Below are positions 1-12,680 of a DNA stretch of 64,000 nucleotides, in pieces. Position 1 is the stretch's first letter. Each line of letters begins with the position of its first letter. Below the pieces are notes generated by a model that was not told the origin of the DNA, did not search any database, and was given only the letters and a program-made list of their open reading frames with translations. The position numbers and the translations under genes were made by a program. The stretch lies in contig NC_045696.1 in assembly GCF_009834535.1 (NCBI RefSeq), positions 68,822,001 through 68,886,000 on the forward strand, written 5' to 3'. The stretch comes from Camelus ferus. Its lineage: Eukaryota.

Positions 1-470
1 GTGGCAACATCCTTCCCTTAGGGATCAAGACCTCTAAACCAGCAAAGTTCAAAGTTGTGGGGGATAGGAAGCAAAAAATAAACCAAAAAATAAACAAACA
101 AAAATCACTAATATATCATCGGGGTAATTTTGAGCAAGCTTTCCCACTCCTTAATTCTTGGAGCTGAGGAAAACAGCACCAAACCATGGTTGCTAATTCA
201 GGGTATATGCCGGGATACCCCAGGCCTGCGAGGTGCCAGTTCACCTAGGTGGTTCTGTAACTGAGTCTTCCAAAGCCCATCCCACTGTTCAGTCAGCCCA
301 GCTGCTTCAGGGTAATGGGAGATACAGTAAGACAAAGGAATTCCATAAGTTTGAACCCATTGTCAGATTTCATTTTCTTTAAAATCAGTTCCTGGTCAGA
401 AGCAATGCTATACAGAATACCACAGTGGTAAAGAAGGTATTCTCCAAGTTCACTGCTGAGTGTCCGAATG
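1..470 (-). mobile_element. ERVL/MaLR internal integrase fragment
   Basis: LGEYLLYHCGILYSIASDQ followed by sequence matching H.PEAAGL.E.W of the ERV-L integrase. Confidence 0.85.
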
Positions 471-474
471 ACAG

Positions 475-705
475 TAGCAGAGATCAGCACTGAACCCTTG
501 ATTGGGACACGATTCCATGGGGAACCAGCCCACCACCTGGTGGCAGTTTGATTACATTGGACCGTTTCCATCAGGGAAGGCACAGAACTTTGTTCTCACT
601 GGAATAGGCAGTGACTGTGGGTATGGGTTTGCCTTCCTTCTTCACAATGCTTCTGTCATCTCTGGACTTCCAGAATGCTTTCCTCTCTATTATGGTATTC
701 CTCAG
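475..705 (+). mobile_element. ERVL/MaLR internal integrase fragment (opposite orientation)
   Basis: QPTTWWQFDYIGPFPSGKAQNFVLTGIGSDCGYGFAF matches ERV-L WWQVDYIGPLPSWKGQRFVLTGIDTYSGYGFAF. Confidence 0.9.
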
Positions 706-711
706 CTGCTT

Positions 712-890
712 AGGCTTCCAGGCTGCATGGTGGACGGTTTCCAAGAAGGAGCATTCCAAGAGAAAGGAAATGGGAGCTTCCAGAACCCTTAAGCCTGGGG
801 TCAGAAATCCCAGAACATCACTGCTTTCATATGCTGTTGGTCAAATCAATCACAGGGCCAGAGTTAAGAAGTTGGGAAATACACTCCACC
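712..890 (-). mobile_element. MLT1 (MaLR) LTR fragment
   Basis: ttggtcaaatcaatcacagggccag...ggaaatacactccacct is the typical MLT1H/J/K reverse-strand signature. Confidence 0.65.
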
Positions 891-1695
891 TTTTTTTATT
901 AAATTGAACTATAATTGCTTTACAATGCTGTATTAGTTTCAGGTATACAGCAAAGTGATTCCTTCATATATAAATTCTTTTTCAGATTCTTTTCCACTAT
1001 AGGTTATTATAAGATATTGAATGTACTTCCCTGTGCTATACAGTAGGTCTCTGTCTTTTGTCTATTTTATATATAGCTGTGTGTATTTGTTAATCCCAAA
1101 CTCCTAATTTATCCCTCCCCCCACCCCTCTCCCCTTTGGTAACCATAAATTTGCTTTCTATGTCTGGGGATCTCTTTCTGTTTTGTAAATAAGTTTATTT
1201 GTATCATTTTTTTTAGATTCCACAGTAAGTGATATCATGTGATATTTGTCTTTGACTTCACTTACTATGATGATCTCTAGGTCCATCCATGTTGCTGAAA
1301 ATGGCATTATTTCATTCTTTTTTATGCTGAGTAATATTCCATTGTATATATATACCACATTTTCTTTATCCAGTCATCTGTTGATAGACACTTAGGTTCC
1401 TTCCATGTCTTGACCATTGTGAAGTGCTGCTATGAACACTGGGGCTCATGTATCTTTAAATTAATTATGTTCAGTAGTGGGATTACTGGATGGCATGGTA
1501 ACTCTATTTCTAGTTTTTTAAAGAGACTCAATACTGTTCTCCATAGTGGCTGCACCAATTTACATTCCAACCTAAAGTGTAGGAGGGTTCTCTTTTCTCC
1601 ATGCCCTCTCCAGCACTTATTATTTGTAGACTTTTTTGATAGCCATTCTGAGTGGTGTGAGGTGATCTTGATTTGCATTTCTCATTGTGGTTTTG
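891..1695 (-). mobile_element. LINE-1 3' end (ORF2 C-terminus, 3' UTR, polyA)
   Basis: [24 protein letters not shown] and IKKNEIMPFSATWMDLE ORF2 motifs; T-run at 891. Confidence 0.92.
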
Positions 1696-1737
1696 ATCAT
1701 AGCATTATCTATTCATTGGGAAAATAGAACGTAGCTT

Positions 1738-1750
1738 TATATATATATAA

Positions 1751-1791
<41 letters not shown>
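1738..1791. repeat. (TA)n(CA)n microsatellite
   Basis: Directly visible. Confidence 0.95.
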
Positions 1792-1792
<1 letters not shown>

Positions 1793-1844
1793 TTCTGAGC
1801 GTCTATAGCTTTGGCAAAGGCAAAATTTCCCTCTCCAAAACCCC

Positions 1845-2238
1845 CGTAGACACTCCAGATCTCCACCCAGATTCTCTCCTCTCTGTAGATGCCCCCATCC
1901 CTCAGCTAGGAATATTGCAAATGCTGATGGTTCACTGGAAATAGCCCACATGGTAGGCTCCCAAAGGCCAATGACTAGCTGATTCAAGCATCCAAAGGCC
2001 TGTCCACCCCAACCCCGGCCTGATTAGAGACACCTCTGAAGGGCTATCTCCCTTCCAAAGGCCCCCATAAGATAGACTGAGACTCAGTTGCAACCATACC
2101 ACATGTTTCTTTCTTGTCTATCCAGTCCTGGATTCCTCACCTCCCTACAGGTGTTAACTCCCAAGAGCATTTCCCAGTAATCTTTGCAAGCAACTCTCCA
2201 TCTCTGAGCCTGTTTCCAGGAAACTCAATCTAAGAAAC
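1845..2238 (+). mobile_element. Solo ERVL LTR (LTR16-like)
   Basis: Ends ...ctccatctctgagcctgtttccagggaaactcaatctaag, like LTR16/LTR33 3' termini. Confidence 0.6.
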
Positions 2239-4124
2239 CCTTACGCCCTACATAGGGCATCACCACTGCTACACACCTGGCGCATCCTGCTTTCCTCATC
2301 AAGCCTCAACAAGTGGACACAGAGCCGAGGGAATGTGATGTAAGACATAAACGCTGCAAAAGAGGCAGCCACAGGAAGATAGATACCCCCTGCCCTCCGC
2401 CACAACCTGAGGTGGCTTAGGAACTGAGAGGACCTGAAACTTCAGACCCCCCACGCTCCCTTCATGACACAGGATGGAGAATGAGTGGAAGATTTAAAGA
2501 TGTCCGCCATGTGATCCGTAGCAGGGACTACATAAACTGTAAGGGAGAACAGGAAAACAGGGGAAATTAGGTGCAGAGGGAGAAAGGAAGGGAGGGAGGG
2601 CATGTGCGGGGTTGGGGGCAGGAGAAGAAAAGAGAAAGAGGATGGAATAGTGAAAGATTGGGAGAAACAAGGGAGCCACAGGAAGAAAGAAACAGAGTTA
2701 GAGAAAGAGGAAGGAAGGCGGACTACTCTAAAGCATGCTTTTACTTCCTAAAGTAACTTCTTTTAAATTTGTACTTCCTTTGCAACTCTAGAGTATTTCT
2801 ATGCTCTTTTGTGGCTTGTTTTTATAGTTTCCATCTGGATTGGGTTTTTATTTTTATTTGGCTTGATTTGGCTTTGTTTGCTTGTTTTCCTGTTTGCTCA
2901 AATTTGAAAGAAGATCCGGAAGGCTCAGTGTTTTCCAGCAGACAGGTGGCACAGATGCCCTCCTCACTGCCTGCCTGCCGGGGTTCCCCTCACTCAGGTC
3001 ACAGCCTGGAGCGGGTGACTGTCCTGGAGATGTGCATCACGAGTGACTCACTCAAAATAAGAAGGAATGTTTCAGTTCCCCCATCGCCCATTTTTATGAC
3101 TATGAGGATTAGACAGCTTTGAACCACCTTCTGGGCATTCATTACACATCACCACAACAAAAAGAAACACAATCCAAAAAGGCATTGAAAAATAATTTCT
3201 GTTTTTCTTGACATTTCTCATAGAGGTGCCAGATGGGGTGTTACATTGTGTAACACAAAGCAACGTGTCCTGAACTTTCTTTTCACCCATCTATTTCCCA
3301 TTTGCCATAGCATATCCCTCTAAAATCTGTTTCTTCTTTATCCAAAGCAACACAGAAACCTTGCCCTTACTGGCTCTCCTGAGTGCCTCCCTCAACAAAA
3401 CCTGGTAATTTATCCCCTCAACTCCTGCCTAAATCTCTGGAGTTCCTTCCCTACGCCCAATTTTTTTCCACTTCTCCATATTCATTACTTCTATCAACAC
3501 AACAAAGGCATGTAGGGGAAGGAAGGAGCAGGGTGGTGCTGTCTCAGGAAACCAAGCCTCTGAGTACACTGCCCCCGAGGCTCTAATTCTCTGCCTGGCT
3601 GGTTTTTTATCTTGTGCCAGGAAGAAACTAACACAGACTCTTCCTCTGTTTTCCTCCCACCGAGGGAATTGCTGTGTCCAGCGGGCATGGTGACTTAAAG
3701 ATGAAGGGTGGGCATGGCCGGGAGAGAGGAACTGGGGGAGGGGACTGTCAAGTCTGCTTTGCAGGGCATCATCCTGACTAGTCTTGTGCTTCTGTTTCAC
3801 AGGTTGAAGGGAAAAGCTTGTCATTTTAAGCCCCTCAGCATCTCAGTGGGAAATTTCTCAGACACCAGCAAATGGTCTGTCGCTATCCGTAATTCTTAGT
3901 GCTGTAGCAGTTGTGTCCTTTGTGTGTTTTTGCACACAAGTTTGCTGGGAAGGCGGAAAAAGGCGTATCAAGGGTATTAGATTGATGCTATCTTGGACAG
4001 CCATGTTTTAAAGGGAACAGCTGGTTGACAGCATAAAGGATGGATTGAAATGAGGAGAAACAACAGAGTGGCCATTTGAACGCCGAAGTCATAGTCTGCC
4101 TCCTCCTGGGAGGAGTTGGCAGGA

Positions 4125-4310
4125 AGCACAGAGGTTAAGAGCTTGCACTTTGTAGTCAAACAGACAAGGATGGAACCAGGGCTCTGCCACTTACTAGGAG
4201 TGTAACTTTATATCCTCTAAAGCCTTGTTTCATCATTTGGCTGATCTGGGGGAGGGGGTGTGTGGGGATAATGGTCCCTACCTTACTGGGTGCTTATAAG
4301 CATGAATATA
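4125..4310 (+). mobile_element. MIR SINE
   Basis: ggttaagagc...ggctctgccacttactag...ggataatggtccctacc core. Confidence 0.75.
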
Positions 4311-5789
4311 TGGAAATTTTACATTTGCTTTTAAAACCTTGAGCTGGAACTAGTGGCAGGCAGAAAAAGGGAGATTTTCCTCCAAGGTAAGTGTCAGGAC
4401 AATAGTCCAGAGCTAAGCTCTGAACAGAAGGAAAGCAGAATTAACCCAGATGCAGCCTGGGACAAGGAGAGAGGCTAAAGTAATCACAGATCTGTAACTA
4501 ACTCCCACAGGCTCCTGCAAAGCAAAGTTTAAAAACTCTCTGGAGGAAAGAATCCTGAATTCAGGCCCTAGGTTTTCCACAGATGGAGATCAACTAAATA
4601 GAGGATTACAGAGCACTACCCTCAGGGAACGGGTCCCAGTCAGCCCTCAAGGCCATCAGGGACAGGCCCAGAGGCTCCTTTCCCATGAAAGAATCCTGTG
4701 CAGGGGACATGTGACTGCTTCGTGGCCGCCTGGCCATTGATCATGGGCAACCTGACCTCTGGTTAGATGACAGCCACACTTACCAGTGTTTTGGTCTCTA
4801 TTCTATTAGCTAATACATTCGCTGTGCTTAGAGCCAGGCTTTTTTTTTTTTTTTTCCCTATTGCTATGTTTTTTCTTCTTCTTTAGAAAATTTGCCAGTC
4901 ATTCATACAGAAGACCTGGATTCAAGCATTAGGATGCAGGTGGACATCTGGTAACTGGTATGACCCAGCCTTGCTTTATAGGTCTGCTCATAATTAGAGA
5001 CATACCTACGTTGCAAGTCTGTGGATGGGTTTCAGTTAGTACATAAGCTGGTACCTATATATTAATTCATACGTAACTGATTTCACACTGACAGCTGACT
5101 TAAATCTCAATCCAGTGTTATCTGTAAATGCATTAGGTGTTTACATTGCAAAGACTTGGTTCTATAATCCACACAGGTCCACCCCTACAGGGCATGCTGC
5201 ATACTCCAAGAGCCAAATAAGTAATTGTAGAAGAATTTCATGCACTTACTTTTCTGAAAGGAGACAAAATGATCAAATTCATAAGAGGTAGCAACATTTC
5301 TCATATGCCTACCTTTCTTGCCTTGCACTTCTTAACCTTCTGTTCCCCCTAGCACCTCTCATTTGCCCCCCATCCATCTACCTGTCTCCCTAGGTCATTT
5401 CTCTCTGCTGTAAAATCCTTCTTGACCCATCCTCACAAAAGTCTAGAAACTGGGCTGGCAATGACAAGTTTAGAGTGCCAGGGATGAGGAAAGCCTGAGG
5501 GAGCAGGGAAAGGCTGACCTGGCAAGTGTGATGTTGGCTTTGGTGGACAAAGGGGAAAAGGAAGTATATGGATACTCTCTGATTAATATTAATTTTCACA
5601 ACAGAGTCTTATGTCTATAAGTGATAGGTATACATTCAATCATCATTGTATTTACTGCCTCAAAAAGCATTATTATAATAATAAAAATAAAAATTAATTT
5701 ATGCCCCCAACCTTCTTATAAGAGTTTAAAATTGCTTTCAGAGATGCACAAAACATAACAGTATGTTCTATATTTTAAAATAGCTAAAA

Positions 5790-6960
5790 ATAAATAATAG
5801 AATAATATATGCATTGCCTTTCAACTTAGCAATCCCATGTTTGGAAATCTGTGCCTAAAATATACTGGCCAAAATAGAAAATGTTGTACACAAAAAGTTA
5901 TTCATTACAATGTTATTTGTAGTAGCTAAAGATTGAAAACAACGTAAATACTTACCAGGAGGGAACTAGATGAATAAAAATGAAATATCCACCCTCTGGA
6001 GAACTATGGAGCTGAGCAAAGGAGTGAGGATTGTCTCTATAAACTGTTACGATCATCTCCTGGATATTCTCTTGACTTAAAAAAGGAAAAAAAAAAACAA
6101 AACAACCAAAGGGCAGAACTGTGTATAGAGATGACTACCTTTGATCTAAGGATGAGAGATATATATTTGCATATATTAAAAGTAAATGGAAAAATAAACA
6201 AAACAACAAAGAAAGTTCTTGCCTGTTGGGGGAAAAGGGAACAGGGTGGATCAATCATGAAAAGAAAGACAGCCAAGTGTTATGTGCCTGTTGATAGAAC
6301 GCTAGAGGAATTGTGCAACATTAGTCATCAGATATCATGTCAAAAAATGTATATCTGAAGCTGATCAGGCCTGTAGGTAACCTAGAGGAAATGCAGGGTG
6401 TGGTGCATATCTCAGACATTACCACAAGGATGCTACCAGCAAAGTCTAAAATGTGGGAAATTTTGCAAGACGTGTTTTTTTCCCCCAAATAAATAAATGG
6501 CAAAGGAAAAATAAGGGAGGGGGAACTCTCATAAATTAAAAGAGAATGGAGATGTACAGCCGAATGTGATGTGTGGACCTGCTTTGGATACTGATTGAAT
6601 TAAACAGACTATGTTGAAAAGTGTATGTAAGATAACATGAGAAATTTGATTATGGACTGAGTTAGATGATTCTAAGGAATTCTTGGTAATTTTGTTAGGT
6701 GTGATAACGTCATGGTGGATTTTTAGGAACCTGTCCAAAATGTTTAGAGATGCATACTGAAGTATGTAAGAGTGAAATGACCTGTGACTTAGGACTTGCT
6801 TCAAAATTCTCCAGGCATGAACAAAAAATAAAGGAAGCAATAATGCATATGTGGCAAAATCTTAATAACTGTAGTCTGGAGGATGGATATGTGGAGGCTT
6901 TTTGTACTATTCTCTCTACTTTTAAGTATGTTTGGCAATTTCATACTAACAATTTTTTTA
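5790..6960 (+). mobile_element. Old L1 (L1MC/L1ME) 3' fragments
   Basis: gcaatccca..., ttagagatgcatactgaagta, ttgtactattctctctacttt motifs. Confidence 0.7.
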
Positions 6961-7079
6961 AATCAGTAAAACCAAAACAGAGGATGAAGAGGAGTAAACT
7001 GTAAGATGGGTCCAGGACTGGACAGTGCACCAGTGAATCCCATGTATTCCCACACATGTGTTACAGGAGTGGCTACAAA

Positions 7080-8050
7080 TCTGGCCCGATGTTTGCAGCC
7101 ACCAGCAAGAAAAAGGAAACAGGAAGAATGAGAAGGTTCTCAGTGTCTGTACAGCAAAAGCAAACAAGATGTTCAGGCAGAGCACCGTTCCTGATGCTGA
7201 GGCCTAAGCAAAACCTCTCCTGTGGGTCTTCATTAGAGAGCCACTGAGAGGTGCGTGAAAGGCACCATCCTCAACAACATGTTCCAAACAAACCCAGGAA
7301 GGCTTCCCTGGGGCTGTGACTGACCTCCCGGGCCGCACTTCACCAACAAGCTCTCTGAGTTCTGAGACAAGGACCCTCAGAAATGCCTACAGCTCAGGCA
7401 ATTGAAGCAGTGTAGACATTATCACCCACTCTGTCCCTCTGTTCTCTCTGAAATGCTCTGGACTGAGGATGGCTCTGTGCTCTTCCCCTCTGGGGAGGCA
7501 CTGCAGAGCTGGGAGTTGGCCCTTTGTAATACTCTCTTAATGAAAAAAATGAGCACTGGGTTATTAAGGAGCCTCCTCAGGGGCTCACATTTTCCAGTGG
7601 CTTCCAAACTGAGCGCTGTTTGAGATACATTCAGCATGCTCTGTACCTGAAGTAACTGGTTCAGCCATATTCTCTATCTCTAAAAACAAAATTAAGATTC
7701 TATCTGTAACTACAGAATTCAAATCTAAGTGGACAGATTTTCAGCAATCTTGGATGGTATGTTTGAAAGAGTCTGATCTAAATTCGAGGCTATGTGGTAT
7801 ATATAAAAGTTATGAAGGTCCCTGAGTGATGGGGGAAGAAACAGTCATCCTTCAGGGTGGCTGAAACAGATGCATATAATAAAAAGTCATGATGAACACT
7901 AATCTGGAGAGGCACACCATGCACACAAAGACTCAGCCCAGAGAAAACAGTCATTTTGCTCAGAAATACAGCAGCAATTTGGAAGCAAGGATATATTTAC
8001 TTCAGGATGATTGATGGTATTTCCAAGAAACACTGGAGAGCTCAACCAGA
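7080..8050 (+). pseudogene. Possible decayed SCAN-C2H2 gene remnant (unit D)
   Basis: RMRRF (7125), MLRPK (7194), TIL (7264) and AVT (~7313) in SCAN order; EMLW (7450); HTKTQPRENSH (7922) and CACTGGAGAG (8031) resemble zinc-finger linkers. Confidence 0.25.
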
Positions 8051-8117
8051 TCCAGACTCTTCACTTTCTGAGCATGACCTCCAAGCTCACACCGTCCCTT
8101 TGATTGTCTCTCCCTTC

Positions 8118-8243
8118 CCCCAGTTTTTCTTTAAATGAGGAAACTAGTGTCCTGACAGGTAAACTGACTAACCAAAGTCACTGAGCTCCTACGAGGCAGA
8201 ACTAGGATTCAGACCTAGATCTGAGCACAACACTCTTTTCACA
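8118..8243 (-). mobile_element. MIR SINE fragment
   Basis: atgaggaaact...aaagtcac...ggcagaactaggattc. Confidence 0.65.
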
Positions 8244-8261
8244 AAACGAAGACAATTCTGG

Positions 8262-8368
8262 GGAGAGGGAGGGAAATAGCTCAGTGATAGGGCACACACT
8301 TAGCATGCACAAGGTCCTGGGTTCAATCCCCAGTACCTCCACTTAAAAAAAAAAAGAGAGAGAGAGAG
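8262..8368 (+). mobile_element. Camelid tRNA-derived SINE (vic-1 type)
   Basis: A box tagctcagtgatag, B box ggttcaatccc, A/GA tail, imperfect TSD agacaattctgg 8250-8261 / agacagtcctgg 8369-8380. Confidence 0.88.
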
Positions 8369-9079
8369 AGACAGTCCTGGAAAGAGAGGGGATTGAAGGA
8401 AAATGAAAGACACGAGGATGAGAAATGCTGTACAGGGTAGAAGAGGCTGAAGAGGGAGTTGAAGGGCATACAATAGCTTGCTGAGCCCTAAGTTCTGAAA
8501 AAGCCTCAGCAGCAGGATCAGGGATGCTTTCTGAGGAAGCAGGAAGAGGCTTGGAGGGAAGAGTAACACCAGGCTACTCCAACTCCTTAAGTTGGATCCA
8601 GTGATGTCACCTCCTTTGTCCACTTCTTCCCATATCGTTTCCTGAGTCCACCTGATGTTGGCGTTCTGCTCAGATAGACAGGCAGATGCAGCTGAGGGGT
8701 TGGAGTTTGACATATCTGCCCCCATTGTCTCGACCCACAGCTTTCCTGTCCTCTATAGTGGACTGAGGGCTCTGGAGGGTGGAAGAGGAAGAGAGAGACC
8801 TGGGTGAACTCTCCTTGCCTTGTCCTCTTCCAGCGAGTACAGTCAGTCCCTTTCTGATGTCAGCTGGGCTTTCTGAGAACTCCTTCCCGCCCCCTCTAAA
8901 CGCTGGGAACTTTGCCTTTCATGGTTTCCAGACACATCTCTCTGCATGTGACTTGCAGTCTGTGTCATGTAGCTGGGCCCCTATTACCAATCAGCTGTAC
9001 ATTCAGCCCTGCCTCTGCTTCTAGAGTCAATCTTTCGTTCTTTTGGAGGCAAGGCAAGTCTGGGGGGATAGATTTATAG

Positions 9080-9640
9080 TGGCTTCTACATTATGTTTCA
9101 AGTGATAGAAATTCTAACTCAATATACTATGAACAATTGAAGGAATTTACTTAAAAGTCAACCTTTTAGGTACCCTCAGCCAGGGTTAGGTTGAATTTCA
9201 AGAAGGTTTGACCAAGTGGCTCAACAAAATCATTGAAATCCATGTTGTTTTGTTTTGTTTTGCTTTGTTTTGTTTTTTCCTTTAATTTTTCTGTTCTGTC
9301 TTTTGGGGTAGAAACTTAAGCTAAGTCCGGCTGCCCTGGTAGTTGCAAGATGGATGCCTGCATGAACCAGACAATATAGGCTTCTTTTTTCACATCCAGG
9401 GGAAGAAGAAAAGCTTCTTTTCCCCATCTTAGAGTAACAGTCCTGGCCATGCCTTTGATGAGACCAACTAAGGCAATCACCCATACCTGGTCCAGTCACT
9501 GTGCAAAGGGGCTAAAATTACACCGCTGGTCTGGGCCAATTATGGCCCACCTCTGGGAGGTAAGAGGTGTCAGTCCTGCTCAAACAGCATGGCTGCTACC
9601 AAAGAGGGGATGGAGGGATGCTAAGAAAAACCTGACAATA
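9080..9640 (-). mobile_element. MLT1 LTR containing a (TTTTG)n tract at 9245-9278
   Basis: caagtgatagaaattctaactcaa...gcaagatgg...ccagtcactgtg signature of old MLT1. Confidence 0.55.
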
Positions 9641-10134
9641 TGCCCAATGGTTTCCACAGCTGGCTGGGCCACAGCCGAGTCTTTCCCTTTTATCTCCCAC
9701 CTTTGCTCCATAGCCAACCCCAGGAGATGTCTGTTGGGCCTGATATGTTCTGTCAGCAGGACCAAAATTCTGCAGGCTGCAGATTTCCTCCCAGGGCTGA
9801 GGTATGTCATTCAGTGGTGCTGCCAGCAGGGGGGTCATTTACGCCTTCCTCTCACCTTGTGTTCCAAAGGTGCTCCCTCCCTCCTTAGGGAAGTGTCACA
9901 AACATTTCAATAACTACATGGGTCAGCTAGGAAATTATTACTTCCCTTATTCCAAAAAAAAAAAAAAAGAAGTAGTTTTTAAAAATAAGTAATTCAACAA
10001 ATAATTTAAAAGTTATATTAAATAGGTGAGAAAATGTGGTCAAAGAGAAATTAAGAATGAAAAAACAAGATGAAACAAATCTATAAGGTTATTAAATTCG
10101 TGTTTTAAAGGAGAATGTGTGCAAAATCACAGCC

Positions 10135-10195
10135 ATTGATTGGTGCACCCTCCTGAACTAAGCCATCGCCATGGCAACCAGAGCAGATGATGTCA
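10135..10195. promoter_or_regulatory. Compact CCAAT + RFX X-box + CRE-like module
   Basis: GATTGG 10138-10143, ATCGCCATGGCAAC 10165-10178 and TGATGTCA 10188-10195 in otherwise AT-rich unique DNA. Confidence 0.4.
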
Positions 10196-10519
10196 TGTAT
10201 CTGGTTAGTACTCTGTCTTCTAGTGATGCATATCTAGGGTAGTTTCGTGTTTCTAGTTAACTTTTAAGTCACTTATATGAAAAAGAGAAGATTTATTTAA
10301 AAATGTTCTATGATTTTCCTGCCAGCAAACCATGGAGGCATTTTTTTAACTTTTTTTTAGCCTCCTTGTATTGGTAGCAGATATAAATTCAAAAGACACA
10401 GAAGCCCTCTGAAATATTAATTAATCTTTAGTAAGTTCAATTTTTTATAAGCATGGATTATATTTCTTAAAAACTTCTTAAATGTCTTCACTCAAAATCT
10501 CTATGTCTCCCCTTCCTGG

Positions 10520-11790
10520 TCTTAACTCAATCCTTCCCAACCAAGCTTCCATCCCATCACCTCTACTAAGATTATCCTTGCCAAAGTCATCAATGACTCC
10601 CTTCTTGGAAAATCCAGTGGTCAATTCACATTTTACTTGACGTCTCAATATCATTTGGGGTGTAGGGGGCAGTTTCTTTCTTTCCATTTTTAACTACTTT
10701 TAAAAATTGGCTTCTGGGACTCTAAACTCTGATTTCCCTTCTACATCACTGTCCATTCCTGCTCAGTTTCCTTTGCTGGCCCCATCTGCCTCCCAGCTGT
10801 ATAAATACTGAGTGCCTCAGAGTTTAGTCCTCAGACCTCTTTTCTCCTAGCCTCACTCCTTATGTAATCTCATTCAGTTCCATTTATTCTATGAGGACTC
10901 CTCCATGTATACCTCCAGCCCTAATCTATCCAAGATTTATGTGCCATCTGTCCACTGGACATGTCCACTTGGGTGTGTAACAAGCATCTGAGAGTTCATG
11001 CACCCCAACAGAACTTGAGATGTGTCCCTCCCCCTGACTACTCTGATCTCCCCCACCCCACTACCAGCTAAGCCCAAACCAGGAGTCATCGTGAACACCT
11101 TTTTCCCTCATTCCCCACATCCAATACATCGACATGTCCTGTGGGCTCTATCTTCAAAATACACTCTGAATTTGACCACTTCTCACAGTCTCCACCGTCT
11201 CACCCAGTCCAAAGCCATCCCATTTCTGGCCAGGGTTTTTGCCATAGTTTTCTGTTTTACCACCCTGCTTCTGCTTTTGTCCCCTTTGAATCAGTTTTCT
11301 ACCCGGCAGCCAAAGCAGTCATTTCAAAATGTAAATTAAGTCATATCACTCCCTGCTTAAACTCTCCGATGGATTTCCACCACTCTCAGAGTAAAATCCA
11401 ACTTTCTTACCACACCTTCATCTCACCTCCTGCTACTCTCGGCCTCCCTCCTCTGCTTGTATCATACTGACCTTCTCACTGTTCTCCAGGCACATCAGGT
11501 TCTTTCCACTTTTGCCCTTGCAGTTCCCTTTACCCACACGCTTCCCCTGGACGCTCACTCGGCTGGCTCTGTTTACATTTTTCTGCATGTCACCTCCTCT
11601 GCCTGGCTTTCCATGAACCAGCCTATTACCCTCTATTTCTTTACCACTTATTTGTTTTCTTCTTAATACGTATCACTAACTGGTGATAAAATAACTGTTA
11701 CATAATTATTTATCTGTTTGTTTAGCTTTATATTCTAGTGCCTGGAGCAATGTCAGGCACCCAGTAAACATCAGGTGAATAAGAGAATGA
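10520..11790 (+). mobile_element. L2 LINE 3' portion
   Basis: aaagtcatcaatgac..aaatccagtggtcaattc, ggacatgtccacttgggtgt and terminal gtgcctgg..tgaat motifs. Confidence 0.85.
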
Positions 11791-12279
11791 AATACCTGTT
11801 GAAATGAATTTCCCCAGCCTGCTTTCAGAGTAGGACTTGGTATCTGAGTTAATAACATTGTAAAAGATATCTTTTCTAAAACATTCTTTTAGGCGCCTGA
11901 GCACCCCCCCTCAACCTGGATTTGGTAAATCTATGCTAAATTTCTTTCGGTCCTGATAACTTAAACCTCAACAGAGTCAGAGCTAAGGTTGGAGGCTGGT
12001 AATGAAAGTCTCTCCCTTAGTAAAGCTTTTTGCAGCTGAAAGGTGTGGTCTCCGTAGCCCCCAGGTGTAATTTGAGCAAGCTGGCCTGGTGAAACTCTAG
12101 CTAGGTTTTGGAGCCCTTTGTTTGCCTGTTAGGATTAAGAAAGGGTATATGTGATGACGTTGTTGTAGTTGTTGAAAGACACAAGGGGGCAGCAAATCCA
12201 GCTCTTATTTTTAAAGGCGAACCAGGTATTCTGATAACTACTATTTGATGTCGGATAGATTGTATACATTTCATTATGT

Positions 12280-12680
12280 CCGTCCAGTGAGTAATAGGCA
12301 GCAAAGAAAATGAACTATAGCTACAAGCAGCAACACTGATGAATCTTACAAACCTAATGTGAAAGAAGACACAAAAGACATGATTCCATGTAGATAACAT
12401 TCAAAACTAGGCAAAACTAAACAACATTATTTAGGAGGCGTACACAGGTGGTCAAACTATAAAATAGAGCAAGGAAATGATAGTCACAGAAGTGAGGCTT
12501 ATAAGGATTGAGGTGCTCATGGTCAGGATGGACATACTGGAGGTGTAAGTCCTAGCATTAATCTCTTTTCCACCTTTGCAGAAGTTACATAGGTGCCCAA
12601 TTTATAATTAATTGCTAAATTTTACATTAATGGTCTGTGTCCTTTGTGTATATGTTTACATTTCACATTAAGGTTTTTTT
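12280..12680 (+). mobile_element. Old L1 3' UTR fragment
   Basis: gatgaatcttacaaacctaatgt...tcaaaactaggcaaaactaa. Confidence 0.7.

Noticed and set aside
8262..8345. tRNA-Ala gene (also 30689-30750)
   Set aside because: A-rich tails, TSDs and degenerate stems show these are SINEs.
9821..9838. CTCF-like GCCAGCAGGGGGTCA (also a weak match near 56052-56068)
   Set aside because: Mismatch at conserved core positions; not supportable without ChIP or conservation data.
10135..10195. MHC-type SXY enhanceosome
   Set aside because: The CCAAT box lies upstream of the X box and X1-X2 spacing is 9 bp, which does not fit SXY geometry.
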